A stretch of DNA of 34,475 nucleotides from Phoronis australis (lineage: Eukaryota; Animalia; Phoronida), in assembly GCA_002633005.1 (NCBI GenBank), contig NMRA01000274.1:4289-38763 (forward strand). Direction: 5' to 3'. Both the position numbers and the translations under genes were made by a program. The notes under the pieces were generated by a model. That model did not search any database. It was not told the origin of the DNA and saw only the letters and a program-made list of their open reading frames with translations. Shown one piece after another: positions 1 to 11,795 of the stretch. Position 1 is the stretch's first letter, and each line of letters begins with the position of its first letter.

Positions 1-1297
1 GGTTTTTGCCTTGTACCCCCTTAGCTGTCACCTGTGGGGAATTACCCTCTGAACCCCCAGGAGCAAACATTCAAATTTTATTGTCCATGGAGGTATGAAC
101 TGTTATAAGGAAAGATAATTTGCCTTGTTAAGAACTCAAACATGAAACAAAACCGTGATAGATTTTGAAGGGAGCTTCAAAAGAATAAAAACAAATACAC
201 TTTAATATTGATTAAAATACACATTTTCATTCTCATTCGATTATAAGTGGATGTTAGTTTACGTATTCTAACCATTTGCAATCATACAGTAATTTTATTG
301 CACGTTGAACGTCATTAAAGTATGAATTCATCAGTGTTTACATTGTTCGGACTGCGCTCCTAAGTAAGTATTGATTATTCACCGCTTGGGGCGCTAGTGT
401 TTCGACCGGTAACCATTGCGGCGAATGGTAAAGTGGCGGAGTGAACTCTCCTATACTCGTACACTCCTTGCTAATATCGTGGTATAAAGTAAAGTATGCA
501 TTAAATGTATACAACTGTCTATATTTTAAACAAAGACAAGAAATATAATACGTTAATTTTCAGATTATCAAGCAGGTCAAGGGCCATGATTACCAAAGAC
601 AGTCAATAAAAGTAACTATGGTCGCTAGAGTGTAGTTTCAAGTGTGTGAAAAATGTATATAAGTACAGGATTTCTGGTGAATTCGTTAAATTAGTCATAG
701 AGTATCTGAAGTTTCCACGAGACAAAGTTCGACAAAGCGTCCGTCATCATCCATTTAGCGGAAATTTACATTACTTGCTTTTTGAAATGTCGTTATCTTA
801 ACACGAGGTAGCTCACTTGCATGGCAAAATTCGGCATTGCAACAGCCAGTGACCCTCTTAGTTACGCTGGCCACCTTCGGGGGGTAAGACATAAAAGTTA
901 TGACAAGAATGAGGAGGTGGTAATTTTGGGTAATGGATGGTTATATATTTTGATGCTTAAAAATTACTACATTGATGCGAAATAGTAAAACAACAATCAT
1001 CTGGGTAAAATCAGCCTCAGTTACGATACCGTCACATTCATTTTCGAGTGAATGCTCCTCCCTAAAAACGTTGATCAACTTAGCCCTAAACTGGCCGAGA
1101 CGAGAGCCAGCATCTCGATGGAAAAGTCCTTGCGGGAAGTAAGTAGTGCAAAGCATATGTTAGATTTCCAGTTAAATGTTGGAAGAAAGCAAAATTAATA
1201 ATATTATTTATCAAAAAGTCACATGGTAACTATGAACAGCAATCACAATCGCTGGAGTATTTTACGTAATTGAATCTAAAGTACAGGATACATAGAA

Positions 1298-1332
<35 letters not shown>

Positions 1333-1340
1333 TGTGCGTG
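1298..1340. repeat. (GCGT)n tetranucleotide microsatellite
   Basis: Direct run gcgtgcgtgcgt... decaying into gtgt; explains the HART repeats in ORF 1276-1527. Confidence 0.95.
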
Positions 1341-1955
1341 TGGTGTGCGATATAGCATGGACTTGCATAAAATGTGTAGTAAATTGATTATCAAATTCTT
1401 TTTCCTTAGTGTATCTTAAGCTAATGTCACCAGCGGGAGTCAAAGTTTGATAAAGTTTCTGTTTGAATAGAAATTGGTCATAATAAACGTCAGGAATTCT
1501 CGTGGAATTCTCGCGGCGGCCATGCACTGCACCGGCGTCTGAAACTAGGCTGCAACTTTTAAACGAGCTTTTTTAATCTGAGTAATCTGACAATGATTAT
1601 GTAACTGTGAATAAACCGTTTCTGACAGCAAGGCGTGTGTTTATTGCTCTTTATGAAACAATGAAGGGCAAAACGAAAGTTATTTGAAATTCCCGTTATC
1701 GTGAAATTGATGTATACAATTTGCATGTGCCGTGTCCACCACATTTCCTTGTATTAGGAACGTGTTTAACAAGTCTCGACAGAGAAACTGCTATCGAAAA
1801 TCTTCAGGCCTCCCACCAGCTGATGCGTGATGTCATCGGGTTGAATGGTTTGGTCCTCTTTTGTATTCTCGTTTTGTTTACGTCTTTCGGTACCCGTTAA
1901 CATTGTTAATTGGAGACTGTTGATAGATACTGTATCGATTCAATGAATCCACAGT

Positions 1956-2378
1956 TGCGGATTTTTAAGATCGTTAGAAGCGAGTCAGCAGGGGCGGATA
2001 CAGGATTTGAGTTGGGTGACAAGGCACAGTATTAGTCAGGATTTTGCCCGTCAGGCGTTGGCACCGCAAAAAGTTGCCTTTCCACAACCTCTAGCTGAGC
2101 GCGCATATTCTGAGCCTTATACTTGGATGTTGTGGAGACAAATAGTTCAATGTTTGGCCTTCTGAAATTTGCGCACATTTTTTCTAAAGACCGTAGCTCA
2201 ATAGAAGAATTGACATAAACCATATCTAAAGTTTCCTTTTGATGACCTAATTAGGCAAATGCAGGTGCGGATTTTTAAAATCGTTAGAAGCGAGTCAGCA
2301 GGGGCGGATACAGGGTTTTGAGTTGGGGGGGGCAGGGCACAGTATTAGTCAGGATTTTGCCCGTCAGACATTGGCACC
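1956..2378 (+). repeat. ~110-bp direct duplication (1956-2065 and 2266-2378) flanking a ~200-bp repeat fragment
   Basis: tgcggatttttaa..tcgttagaagcgagtcagcaggggcggatacagg...gcacagtattagtcaggattttgcccgtcag...ttggcacc occurs twice; the intervening 2064-2263 recurs at 4460-4660. Confidence 0.9.
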
Positions 2379-2455
2379 CCGTACTGCTAAATGGAATTTA
2401 TGAGAATTTTAGGGAGGGTCATGGCCCCTTGCCCCCTCCCCCAAATCCGCCACTG
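2299..2455. mobile_element. MITE with CAG(G/T)GGCGGAT terminal inverted repeats (hAT-like non-autonomous type)
   Basis: CAGGGGCGGAT at 2299-2309 and ATCCGCCACTG at 2445-2455 (1 mismatch), with G/C-run subterminal tracts; no clean 8-bp TSD seen. Confidence 0.65.
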
Positions 2456-3052
2456 GCCAATGACCCGTTTTTTATGGGTGACTATCGGTTTTTGCCAGAT
2501 ATTGAAAGTCGCAGAAACATTATTTTGAAAATGAGGATGCGTACTGTGTTGAGAGAAGAGCTTTCATGCAAGAGGTGTACCTGCACCATAATATGCAATG
2601 AAATGAAATTTGATTTCTTCAATGCTCAATTCATATTTTCGTCGACAATTCGTATTTAATGTTAGTATTGAAAGCCTAAGATCCATAAAGTGTATCACGT
2701 CATCCGATCTATTCGTGTACTTTGCATGATCGTTTAGAACACTCGTCACTAAACACGAGCTCATTTGACAAGATTTGGCCTTGCATCAGCCATTGACCCC
2801 CTTAGTGCACTGATCAAATGAGTACGGGTAACCTTAGGCATAAAGAAAGAGATAATGCTTTGTACAATGCTTTGATACTATGAAGTTGCTACTTTTATGA
2901 GAAAACCGTTACACTTTTAAAAAATGTAAAGCGATCAGTATTTTCCATATCAGATAGATTTCTTAAGACCACGCATAGGACAAAGCTACCATTAATAGAA
3001 AAAAATGAAAAGTTGTGTGAAGTCAAAAAGTCCATTTGGTTCAGATCGAAAC

Positions 3053-3312
3053 TTTTTATTTAACAAGATACAAATGTACGGTACGAAACAAAGAGTAATA
3101 TTTGTATGAGCGTATATACAAGCAAGAATACAATAATGACTGCTATATTATATATGTACATATTTTTTCATTTAAATGTGAGAATGAGAAATTTTTTTAA
3201 TCAGATACAAATATACAATATGAAACAAAGAATGATATATGAAAGAGCGTATACACAAACAATAATACAAAAATGACAATTAAACATGTACATATTTCTT
3301 TTCATTTAAATG
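3053..3312. repeat. Degenerate two-copy tandem repeat, ~135-bp unit
   Basis: agatacaaat..acgaaacaaaga...gagcgtata.aca...aatacaa.aatgac...atgtacatattt..ttcatttaaatg is present at ~3053-3178 and ~3192-3312. Confidence 0.8.
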
Positions 3313-4036
3313 GCGTACTCTGTACATTCCCATTTGTTTACCGACCAAGGTATAAACCGCTAGCGGCTGGTTACCAGTGATAATTATAACAAGATCAATG
3401 TACAGAAAAAAAATATTTAGACTACTGACGTACACAATCCCAAACGGAAAGCATTGGAGATGGCCAAGGCCGACACAGAATCTCTGAACATTCGAACATT
3501 TATAACAATTAATGAAATGGCAATTTTCACCACAGTTGTTTTATAGTATATTTTTAAAGTAGAAAGAAAAAAACATAACATGGAATTAGTTATTGTTTTA
3601 TTCAAAACGCATTCTTAAAATTTGCAGTGGTTCAAAAGATATGGCAGTGGTAATACAGGTCCATTTGGTTTTGATGTTTTTTCGTTGGTGACATAGTATA
3701 TGATGGTCGATAGTTTCTATTATTAGTAATGTAGCCGATTCCACGGTAACTACAATGTCAAATATTGTGGTTATTTAACTATTTTCAGGAGATGGTACAA
3801 GTTCAGTGCTAAGTTGCCGTTGTTGTTTTTCTCTGTTATCTCTTTTCAAGCTCAGATAGACTATATCTGAGTTTCAAGTAATAAATCGTTACATTTAAAA
3901 CTGTTTCTTTTACTGGAGAAAACTTGCAACCTAACGGCGCAAGAACATACATATAGGATGTGATCCGCCACGTGAACAGTCTGAGAGAAGTATTTAGAAA
4001 ATCTGCGGAAAAATGAAAGAAACTTATGGGATGAAT

Positions 4037-4166
4037 ACAAAACGTACATCGATTGACGTACATAAAGTAATATCCCACTCGACATTATTCCTTCGGTCTC
4101 GATCGATATGTTGAATAATGTCTAGTGGGATATTACTTCATGTACGCCACTCTTGGTACGTTTTGT
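4037..4166. repeat. Long hairpin (foldback) element
   Basis: Arm 4057-4090 matches the reverse complement of 4113-4146 at 32/34; outer acaaaacgtac/gtacgttttgt also pairs; 22-nt loop. Confidence 0.85.
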
Positions 4167-4447
4167 GTATATATTGATGTCCCAAAAAAGTGAGCGATTT
4201 TTTCACAAGTAATTTGTCAGAAACCGATAAACGATTTTTTTTTCAAATTTCTTACAGATGAACCTTAAGATATCATCAACAAATGTACAAAATATCAAAT
4301 AGATCTGTGTCCAATTTGTGCGAGTACTGTCGAATATAAAAACATCAGGTCAAAAAATAAAATATCAAAAGGGAAGCTCGCTTATTTCAGTCTATGCTCA
4401 ATGTGGCATCCATCTTCCTCCACATGTTAGTTTATAAATAATACAAA

Positions 4448-4681
4448 GGACGTGCTGCGCCGCAAAAAAGTTGCCTTTCCACAACTTCTAGCTGAGCGCG
4501 CATATTCTGAGCCTTATATTTGGATGTTGTGGAGACAAATATTTCAATGTTTGACCTTCTGAAATTTGCGCACATTTTTTTGAAAGAGCGTAGCTCAATA
4601 GAAGAATTGACATAAACCATGGCTAAAGTTTCCTTTTGATGACCTAACTAAGCAAATGCACGTGGGTTGCTAAGCACGTCC
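4448..4681. mobile_element. Probable MITE; its internal 200 bp is duplicated at 2064-2263
   Basis: Inverted GGACGTGCT (4448-4456) and AGCACGTCC (4673-4681) bracket a segment highly similar to 2064-2263; TSD not evident. Confidence 0.55.
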
Positions 4682-4709
4682 CTCATTTGGTCTCTCCCTC
4701 CATCACTTC

Positions 4710-4810
4710 ATATAGCACTACCATGACCACCTATTCTGTTTTAGGATACTCCACTGGCAGCCTCTAATGAAAGGGAGTGGCGACTACTTATAGGAGCTAA
4801 AACAATTCCT
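4710..4810 (+). repeat. Outlier copy of the TPLAASNEREWR peptide-motif repeat
   Basis: 4748-4783 reads TPLAASNEREWR; the upstream flank tatagcactacca.gaccacctattct is shared with the copy at 23391-23490. Confidence 0.85.
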
Positions 4811-5112
4811 TAAAATGTGGAGCACCTCCACCTTCGTCACATCCTTTACCCCACCATATATGTCCCCCTCCCCATACACCACCCCGGGCCCACCCACAAC
4901 CACTCCATTACCACCAAAACCCCACAACCACATTTGGCACCCTCCTAGTTCATTGCACTTCTCCTTGCCGTTACTATCATAAAGCAGAGCAAGTCCAAAC
5001 TTGAAGTCATTGATGAGATGTAAATGCTTGAATTCTTTATTGCACGCTTTTTCAAAAGTTGACTGAAGTTTGTTAACGCAGTGATTTCTCTTTTTTTTCG
5101 TTCTTAGAGGCG

Positions 5113-5254
5113 GACATCTCAGGAAAGTACGATGCGGTACTTCTTCATGCGGGGACAAATGACATAGTAAACAGACACCACCTGATGATGACTGCACGCG
5201 ACCATCAAGCATGGATCTACATTTGTATCGTCCCTTCTTTCCCGTTTGGATAAG
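5113..5254 (+). pseudogene. Degenerate SGNH/GDSL esterase fragment of the retroelement ORF1 type
   Basis: Reads DISGKYDAVLLHAGTNDIV (HxGTND block III), then after a frameshift TFVSSLLSRLDK (cf. VSxLLPR). Confidence 0.55.
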
Positions 5255-5541
5255 TAAGTAGTTGAATTTAGTAAGTGGTGCTCCGGGAAATACATTTATT
5301 TTGTCATCTCTATTACCAAGTTGTCTTTGATGAAATATCCCAATACCACAATGGTGTTTCTGTCAGTGAGAACAAATATTTATGATCGACATATGTTCCG
5401 AATAATGGATAAATGATACGTGCGTCGCAAGCTCGTTACCAGACATGAAAAGAAGACCGCAATATTAGCCTCGAATGGCAGATACAACCGTGTAATAACA
5501 CATAAAGTTATCTCACTAATGATGTAACATTTTGGGTGGAA

Positions 5542-5610
5542 ACCGAGGCCGGATTCGAACCCGGGTATCAAGAGTTGCGAGTCGCCGACTGTACCACTAC
5601 ACCACTCAGC
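5542..5610 (-). mobile_element. tRNA-derived SINE head (Pol III A and B boxes)
   Basis: Minus strand has A box TGGTGTAGTGG and B box GGTTCGAATCC at tRNA-like spacing; anticodon and T stems pair poorly, so not a functional tRNA. Confidence 0.75.
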
Positions 5611-6166
5611 GGCTGACGTCATCGAATGTGAAAATAGAATACATAACTGAGCACGCGCAACAATCGCATGTTCGCATGTTTAGCAAAGGTCATTGCACTG
5701 ACATTTATAGGCTATGAAAAACAAGACGCATAATTTCCATGAAAACGATATTTTAATTCAGTGAAATTTTTCTCTCGTGTTCTCTCACTTGTAAATCACC
5801 GATCTCTAATTTGAATGCAGGTATCGTGTCGTCGGGATCCTTTGACTTGAGTATTATAGTCAGTTACTAGTGGTAACCTACTTTAGCAGACGATATTTTC
5901 CCGGTCGAAGCTTAGCATGATAAAATGTGTAGTAAGCTAAAATAGTTGCTAAACCTTAATTTATAGATTCACTTTATTTCTATTTGGTTTTATATTTCCT
6001 TTGGTTTTGAGTAAAAGCATTATTTGACAAAAATATCTCGGCTTTTCTTAAAAGGTCACGACCTCCGACCCCGGGCCTCTGACATAGAAAGTAGTTACAA
6101 AGCCGAGGCGAGTGGAGAAAGTTAGATCGATTAATTGCAATGTTTCTCGTTCAGTATGTGGTATAA

Positions 6167-6329
6167 ATAGATTATTACATGTTCTCAGTCGTTATCCCCT
6201 TATCTAGAGCCCTCGTGGATTTTGTAGAATTATCACCCTCGAGGCTAACGCCCCTCGAGCGATAATTCTCCAAAATCCACTCGGGCTCTAAATAACGGGG
6301 AATAACGCCTTCGCCATGTAATAATCTAT
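6167..6329. mobile_element. Palindromic (foldback) non-autonomous element, possibly Crypton-type
   Basis: Perfect 15-bp terminal IR ATAGATTATTACATG/CATGTAATAATCTAT; pairing continues imperfectly inward to a short loop near 6245-6251. The Crypton link is inference from architecture only. Confidence 0.8.
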
Positions 6330-6330
6330 A

Positions 6331-6953
6331 TTTATTATGACTAATATAATTACAATATAATGAATACAGGTAAAAAACATAAAAATGATAATCTCTGGTA
6401 AGATGGGCAATAAAAAGGCGCCGGCGGAGTGGAAGTGTACGAGAGAATGAGGAAAAGTGGGAGGTAGACGGTGGGAAAAATTAATAAGTTTTGGAACGTA
6501 CGACAATGTAGCCGGGACAAAGGTGAACTGAAAGCGAGGTTACAATAACAAAGAAAAAACGCATAAGGACACGTGACAATCATTAGCCTATAAGAGCCAA
6601 GAGCTGACCAAACTCGAGGCACGTGATAACAAAAGACCAATACGAATGCTGGGAAAACGACGTGTAGCCTGCACAAAGGAATAATGGAATAGACCAAAAT
6701 GAAGGGGGAAGGAGTAAGACGGGTCCATGTGTTCACATAAATATATTTATCGAGTTAAAAACCACTTATGATCGACACCCGAATGATAGATAGGCCTAAA
6801 TGATACGTGCGTCGCAAGTTCGTTACCAGAGATGAAAAGGAGACCGAGGTAGGCAATATAAGGTCATTTATTATGACTAATACAATTACAATATAACGAA
6901 TACAAGTAAACAACATAAAAATGGTAATCTCTGTTAAGATGGACAATAAAAAG
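6331..6953 (+). repeat. Dispersed direct repeats: 6331-6417 ~ 6867-6953 (87 bp) and 5410-5459 ~ 6797-6846 (50 bp)
   Basis: tttattatgactaata.aattacaatataa.gaataca.gtaaa.aacataaaaatg.taatctctg.taagatgg.caataaaaag twice; taaatgatacgtgcgtcgcaag.tcgttaccaga.atgaaaag.agaccg twice. Confidence 0.9.
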
Positions 6954-7758
6954 AACCACCAGAGATGTTGTAAGACAGCTCATGCCCATCCGCAGGGACG
7001 CACGAGAGGAGAGAAATGAAAAGAAAGATGTGCAGGACTACTAACAAACGCTGTCAGCCGGATACCCAACCCTAACTATTTTAGTCCCGTCCACACAGTA
7101 GCTAGTGTAACGTACCCCATTTTTAAGTGGGGTGTCCACACTTACACATATCCAATAACTAGGGTAAGACGTAAGTCGACGCTCTGTGCATGACAATGAA
7201 CAGGCGATACGAATATGGGACACAAAAGGAAACACTTCTGTACGTAATCGCACATGATAATACTTCCGCCTTGCCCCAGATTTGCTATCACTCAAGAATT
7301 TAGAAGTGGCACAGGGTACCCTAGAACAAGTTACCTACCTCAAAAAGATAGAGTAAATTGTCAGTCAGTTGGGTAAGTTGCACTAGTTTGAATAGCATCC
7401 ACGCAACCGAAAAACATAGGTACGCGTTCCAGTTGTTACTTGTTCTAGAGTAAGGTTGTATGTAGATGGCATTTATGATTTAATTTGGTTACATTTATAA
7501 TTTAATATCATACCAGAAAGGAACTTATAGAGGAAACCGGTTATATAATGAAATTCAATTTTCACCCACACATTGTTTGTCATTAAAGGAGAATGCCACC
7601 CGATTTAAGTAGTCTTTTTTACCGTCTTAATCGGTCTTTATCCACATCGCCTCTTATACGGTCGACCTCACCTTGCCGAGAGGTGTCGCGTTAACCTGTG
7701 AGGAAGGTGAGAAACGACGCAGCGACGTCAGTGGTTCGTCTGCAGAGTGAATACCGAT

Positions 7759-8010
7759 ATATTGCGGTGCATCGTTCCCGCTTGTCCGAAAAATGAAGCT
7801 GCGAAGAAAGCGAGTGTATCGTTTTTTCGACTTCCTCGAGAGCCTAAAATGCTTATGAAGTGGCTCGCGGTAGTGAAGAATGAAAAGAAAACAAGAACAG
7901 AATTGTAGATGATCAGCATGGAGGCCTACGCTGTTAATAGCAAGTAGTGAGGCCGTGCGAGAAACATTTGCGTGTCTGTGGCCGGCATTTCGTCGACAGT
8001 GGTTTCTCTG
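7759..8010 (+). pseudogene. THAP zinc-finger relic (N-terminus of Kolobok transposase)
   Basis: LRCIVPACPKN...VSFFRLPREPKMLMKWLAVV, a stop at 7906-7908, then in another frame LRVCGRHFVD: the C2CH THAP signature. Confidence 0.85.
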
Positions 8011-8021
8011 ACGAATTCCGG

Positions 8022-8173
8022 CTAACCGTTGCCTGTACGGCGCCTCTCTAGTATTTCTTGATCAGTGTATTCTGGTTCGAACTGATAGCCTGTGAAACCT
8101 AACGATCCGACCCATGAAGTCTTTGTCGGATGAGCTCTTGACAAGTCGGGATTGGCGCCGGGCGAGTTGCCAT
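8022..8173 (-). pseudogene. Putative N-terminus of Kolobok accessory protein (KolX-like)
   Basis: GYQFEPEYTDQEILERR on the minus strand, converging on the THAP relic; YxFEP recalls the N-terminus of Kolobok second-ORF proteins related to the P2X7 ballast domain (from memory, not searched). Confidence 0.5.
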
Positions 8174-11100
8174 GAAGACGCTTATTATTCTGCGTTGTTT
8201 CAAAATGAATTATTCTCATCCTAACCAATGCTTATATAAAACTGAAACAAAGTCTGTCTCATTAGATACAATTTGTAATGCCTTTGCAGTATTCGTGAGT
8301 GGAAATGTTGAGAAGCCAGCAATGAATAAACCACTGCGTTACCGGCTTTTGATGCCGGCAATAAAGGTAATTGACCGGGCACCGAGGCGGAGCCCTCAGA
8401 CAGCTTCGCGAGATCGGAGGATCTCGCCTTCTGTCCTTGCTGTGGTTGGTTTGGACGTGGATCGAGGGCAGGACCTGGTAGGCGAGGCCGTGTGAGCGCA
8501 TGCTAATTCAGTGTTTGCTGACAGAAAGCTGTTGTGAAACAATTACTCAACTTTATATGCTATGGTCACATGTTAGGGGAATCTTTATATAGAAATACAA
8601 ATACATTATTCAAATCATTGTTACTGTAGAACTTTTGCCCTGACGGTCTGTGGAATTGGTACCCGACTTCGCGGCCCCCGACAAGTAAGTAGATTTTCAG
8701 TTTCGTTGCTAATTCACATAAATAATTAGTGCACAGTATTTCTTTGGATCACTATTATAGTCTGTTCGTGACTGGAGGTTTACCTTCCAACTCAAGCTGG
8801 TTTATGTTCGTGCCAGTCCCGGCGTCCGCGACGGGCCTGATCGGGTTCCGAGCCACTGGCCGGGATAACAAGCGTTTTTTGTGTTTAGAACTCAAAAAAT
8901 CACAAGTCTAAACAACACAAATCTAGCTTGTCATGTCTGTATTTCACGGAAGAATACTTCGAATTTATCTCCGAACAGACCCCAAACTCCTGCTACGGAC
9001 CTTGGTAAATTGGCTTGCCGAGCTTTGTAGGCTATGGTGTGTCCAAATACCAATAAATCCGTAAAAGCGAAATAAAACAACACGTTTTTATAAGAACTAT
9101 GTGTATTTTTAAGGGCTTTTCATCGAAGTTTGATTTATTATGTTAAACGATGAATTCAAGCGTAAGTTGACTCCAGTAACCCGTGTTGTGAATTGCTCAA
9201 CAGACTGCATGTGAAACCAATGACGTCATTAGATAATTTCAATACCTCCGTCTGCCGTCAGCTAACGCAACCGAACGTGCCGTTATCGAATAGAGCTACT
9301 CGATCTAAATTGATACAAAATAGGTTGTTTTTTGGGTGGCATTCTCCTTTAAATCGATCAGGTACACTGTATTTGTTAGTACGTGTCATGTAGAGGGACG
9401 GTGTTTTGGTGATAATATCGGTCAATGCAGGAAATGCTGACTAATAACATATAATGGTTCGTTCATTTTACAGCGGAAAGTCAGGTAAATTCAAGTGTGT
9501 ATGACCGAATGAATACCTGCTAGCGCTTTACTGTACCACACTGCATATTGTGCCTATCCTTAAACTTCTTGCTTTCAATTAACTCCTTCATCTGGTGTGG
9601 GTTCTCCATTTGCTAATAACCTGCATTATTCCATATACATGTTAGTGAGATCATGAGACACAACATCAAATGAGATTCAAGTTCTGGAAAGTGTATATTC
9701 CACTGTAGAACCACATTGCTCTTTATGTGCAGTCTCTATTGGAATAAAATCACTACCAAGACATTTCTTGAAGACTTTGAAATCAACTTTGATGTGTGTA
9801 GCCTCGATGAAATGGAAGAGCAGAGGTGGCAACTACAACTCAGTGTACACAATGACTTTCCTGTACAAAATCTTATGAATTGACTGCTCTGGGTTTACTT
9901 ACACAAATGCCATTACTTATCCTAATCCTCATTTAATCTGAAATGTCCTTCTTCATAGTGAATTCAAGATAGGATATAGTTATTTTGTATCCATAAGTAT
10001 GTATGATAACATATAATGTAGTAGTGACCTACTGCCACATGCATCTGATCAATTCCTTGCTTAGCTAGCTTGAATGACTTATTTTGTACAATCTCCATTT
10101 TAGTTCACCACATTTTTGATAGGCAATTTTTCTTTTTGCTAGTGTTTCCTGAGGTATTCCCACTCACACATTGTGTTTGTTTTGAACTGATAGTGTCATT
10201 TTGCTTAGATTATGTGTCTGTGTTTGTATAGTCTGTTTCTTCATCTACATTTTAAAAGGCATGCAGCGGCAGCATATACGTACAACACAGACTATCTGGA
10301 GTCACTGGTTAGGAAGATGACATTGACGGACGGCAACTTACACTACGTGGATTACACAGCACGCTTCAATAGATACTGCCTTCGCCAACTTTTGTCCAGG
10401 TATTTCGTCATATACCTTGAATTATATGAAAGTCCTGCGTGACTGCATAATATGTATTGCAAATGGTTTCGATGGGGACAGCACTGGATTTTTTTTGGCT
10501 GTGTAAGTTGTGGGTTGCATTTCAAAATTCATCATATTTTCCTTGGTGTTTACGTTGTGAGTGTACTATGTATTTTTTCATCCAGTTGTTGTTCTAATGA
10601 TTTGGAATAGTGCTTTTGTTTGCAGCTACAAAAGGCCCGCTTGGTACTAACACGGGAAAATGATCTGCTCCCTTCACGTTTGAGATGCACCAATCAAGTC
10701 CGCATATCAACTGTGCTGTCACTGTCAACCCATGTCGATACCAAACTGTTTGATTCGTGAACTGTGTTCTACATCGGTTCTTGAAGGCGAGTGTGACTGA
10801 AACTTTAGAGAAGGATGGCAAATGTTACATGTAGACAGATGATGAATTTCCATCCATTGCCTTTTGAGAATAATTCACGCTTTCTACTTTCAGTCCTGTG
10901 TTACAATCTAGCATTTCCGAACATGGATATTCTGCAGATGCTCCATTTAATAGAACCAATAAGGACCTGGTGAGAATGTTACTTCAAATTAACAGAGAAA
11001 AGACCAAATTTTATATCCCTGAAGAGTATCACGAGCTGCTTGCTGGTCACAATATTTTTAAATATCATTTGTGCAGTGGCATTTATTGTTATAGGGAAAC

Positions 11101-11375
11101 TTTTTTAAACGTCTGTATGTTGTGTTATCATTCGAAAAAAACAGGAAAAGGACAGAAACAAATTATATGAATTGTATATGAGTACTGTGCCTCATATTCC
11201 AGATTACTTGTCTTCCTATCTCAAACAACCATCTAAAAAATGGGAGTCAAAATTTTAAAACAAAATTCTGTAATGATTCAGTGCCAAGCGTGCTATCCGA
11301 ATTACACCGTTCTGTTTTACCAATGAGGGTAGTCTGAGCAAACGCATTCAATTCAATCATAGGAAGCGAGCATTT

Positions 11376-11795
11376 ATGTATTGTTATAAAGAAGGAGTCA
11401 ATTGTATTTTCAAAAATCTTCAAGAATTCTGCAACCGTCTCAAAGAGCATTCCATCACACCTTCTACATTTGAGGATAAAGATGCTCGTTTGTCTCATAT
11501 GTCTCACTTTCCTATTAAAAAACTACAAGACTTGTCGAATTCCAAGAAACCTGGTTTGGTAAATATTGCAAAGCACAAACTTTCCTCTAAACCGTCAAAG
11601 TATAGGTCAAAAACAAGTCTGAAACATTTCTTCTGTTCCGTATGTAACTTAGAATGTAAGGACCCAGATGAGAGAATTCAACCATCCATTCAATGTGATA
11701 GATGATACGACTGGTTTCACTTTAAATGTGAAAATGTTATTGAGGACAATCCGCCTCCCTCTGAGCTAGGTGGAATGGTTTTGTCTAGCGTGGAC
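11376..11795 (+). pseudogene. Decayed coding region ending in a PHD finger
   Basis: FCSVCNLEC...SIQCDR*YDWFHFKC...then frameshifted EWFCLA; a C4HC3 pattern with the fourth ligand Cys replaced by TGA (11703-11705). Confidence 0.75.

Larger units (their letters stand above)
7587..9348. mobile_element. Kolobok DNA transposon, non-autonomous internal-deletion derivative
   Basis: TTAA TSDs at 7583-7586 and 9349-9352; perfect 15-bp TIR AGGAGAATGCCACCC/GGGTGGCATTCTCCT; AG termini with a TTAA target are Kolobok hallmarks; THAP relic inside. Confidence 0.88.

Noticed and set aside
797-2845. Weak similarity between ~797-897 and ~2750-2845 (ttgca.cagcca.tgaccc.cttagt)
   Set aside because: Probably two old copies of an interspersed repeat, but boundaries and class cannot be defined by eye.
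3310-3605. 3' end of a minus-strand L1/Tx1 LINE (KIYYK, NKWE, polyA signal near 3055)
   Set aside because: Motif echoes too weak to support without a search.
2032-4620. Paralogous 62-63 aa ORFs at 2032-2223 and 4432-4620
   Set aside because: Similarity comes from the duplicated 200-bp repeat; no recognisable domain.
5542-5610. tRNA-Ala(CGC) gene
   Set aside because: Anticodon and T stems do not pair properly; better explained as a SINE head.
8172-8501. Overlapping ORFs inside the Kolobok element
   Set aside because: No recognisable motifs; likely chance ORFs in GC-richer transposon sequence.
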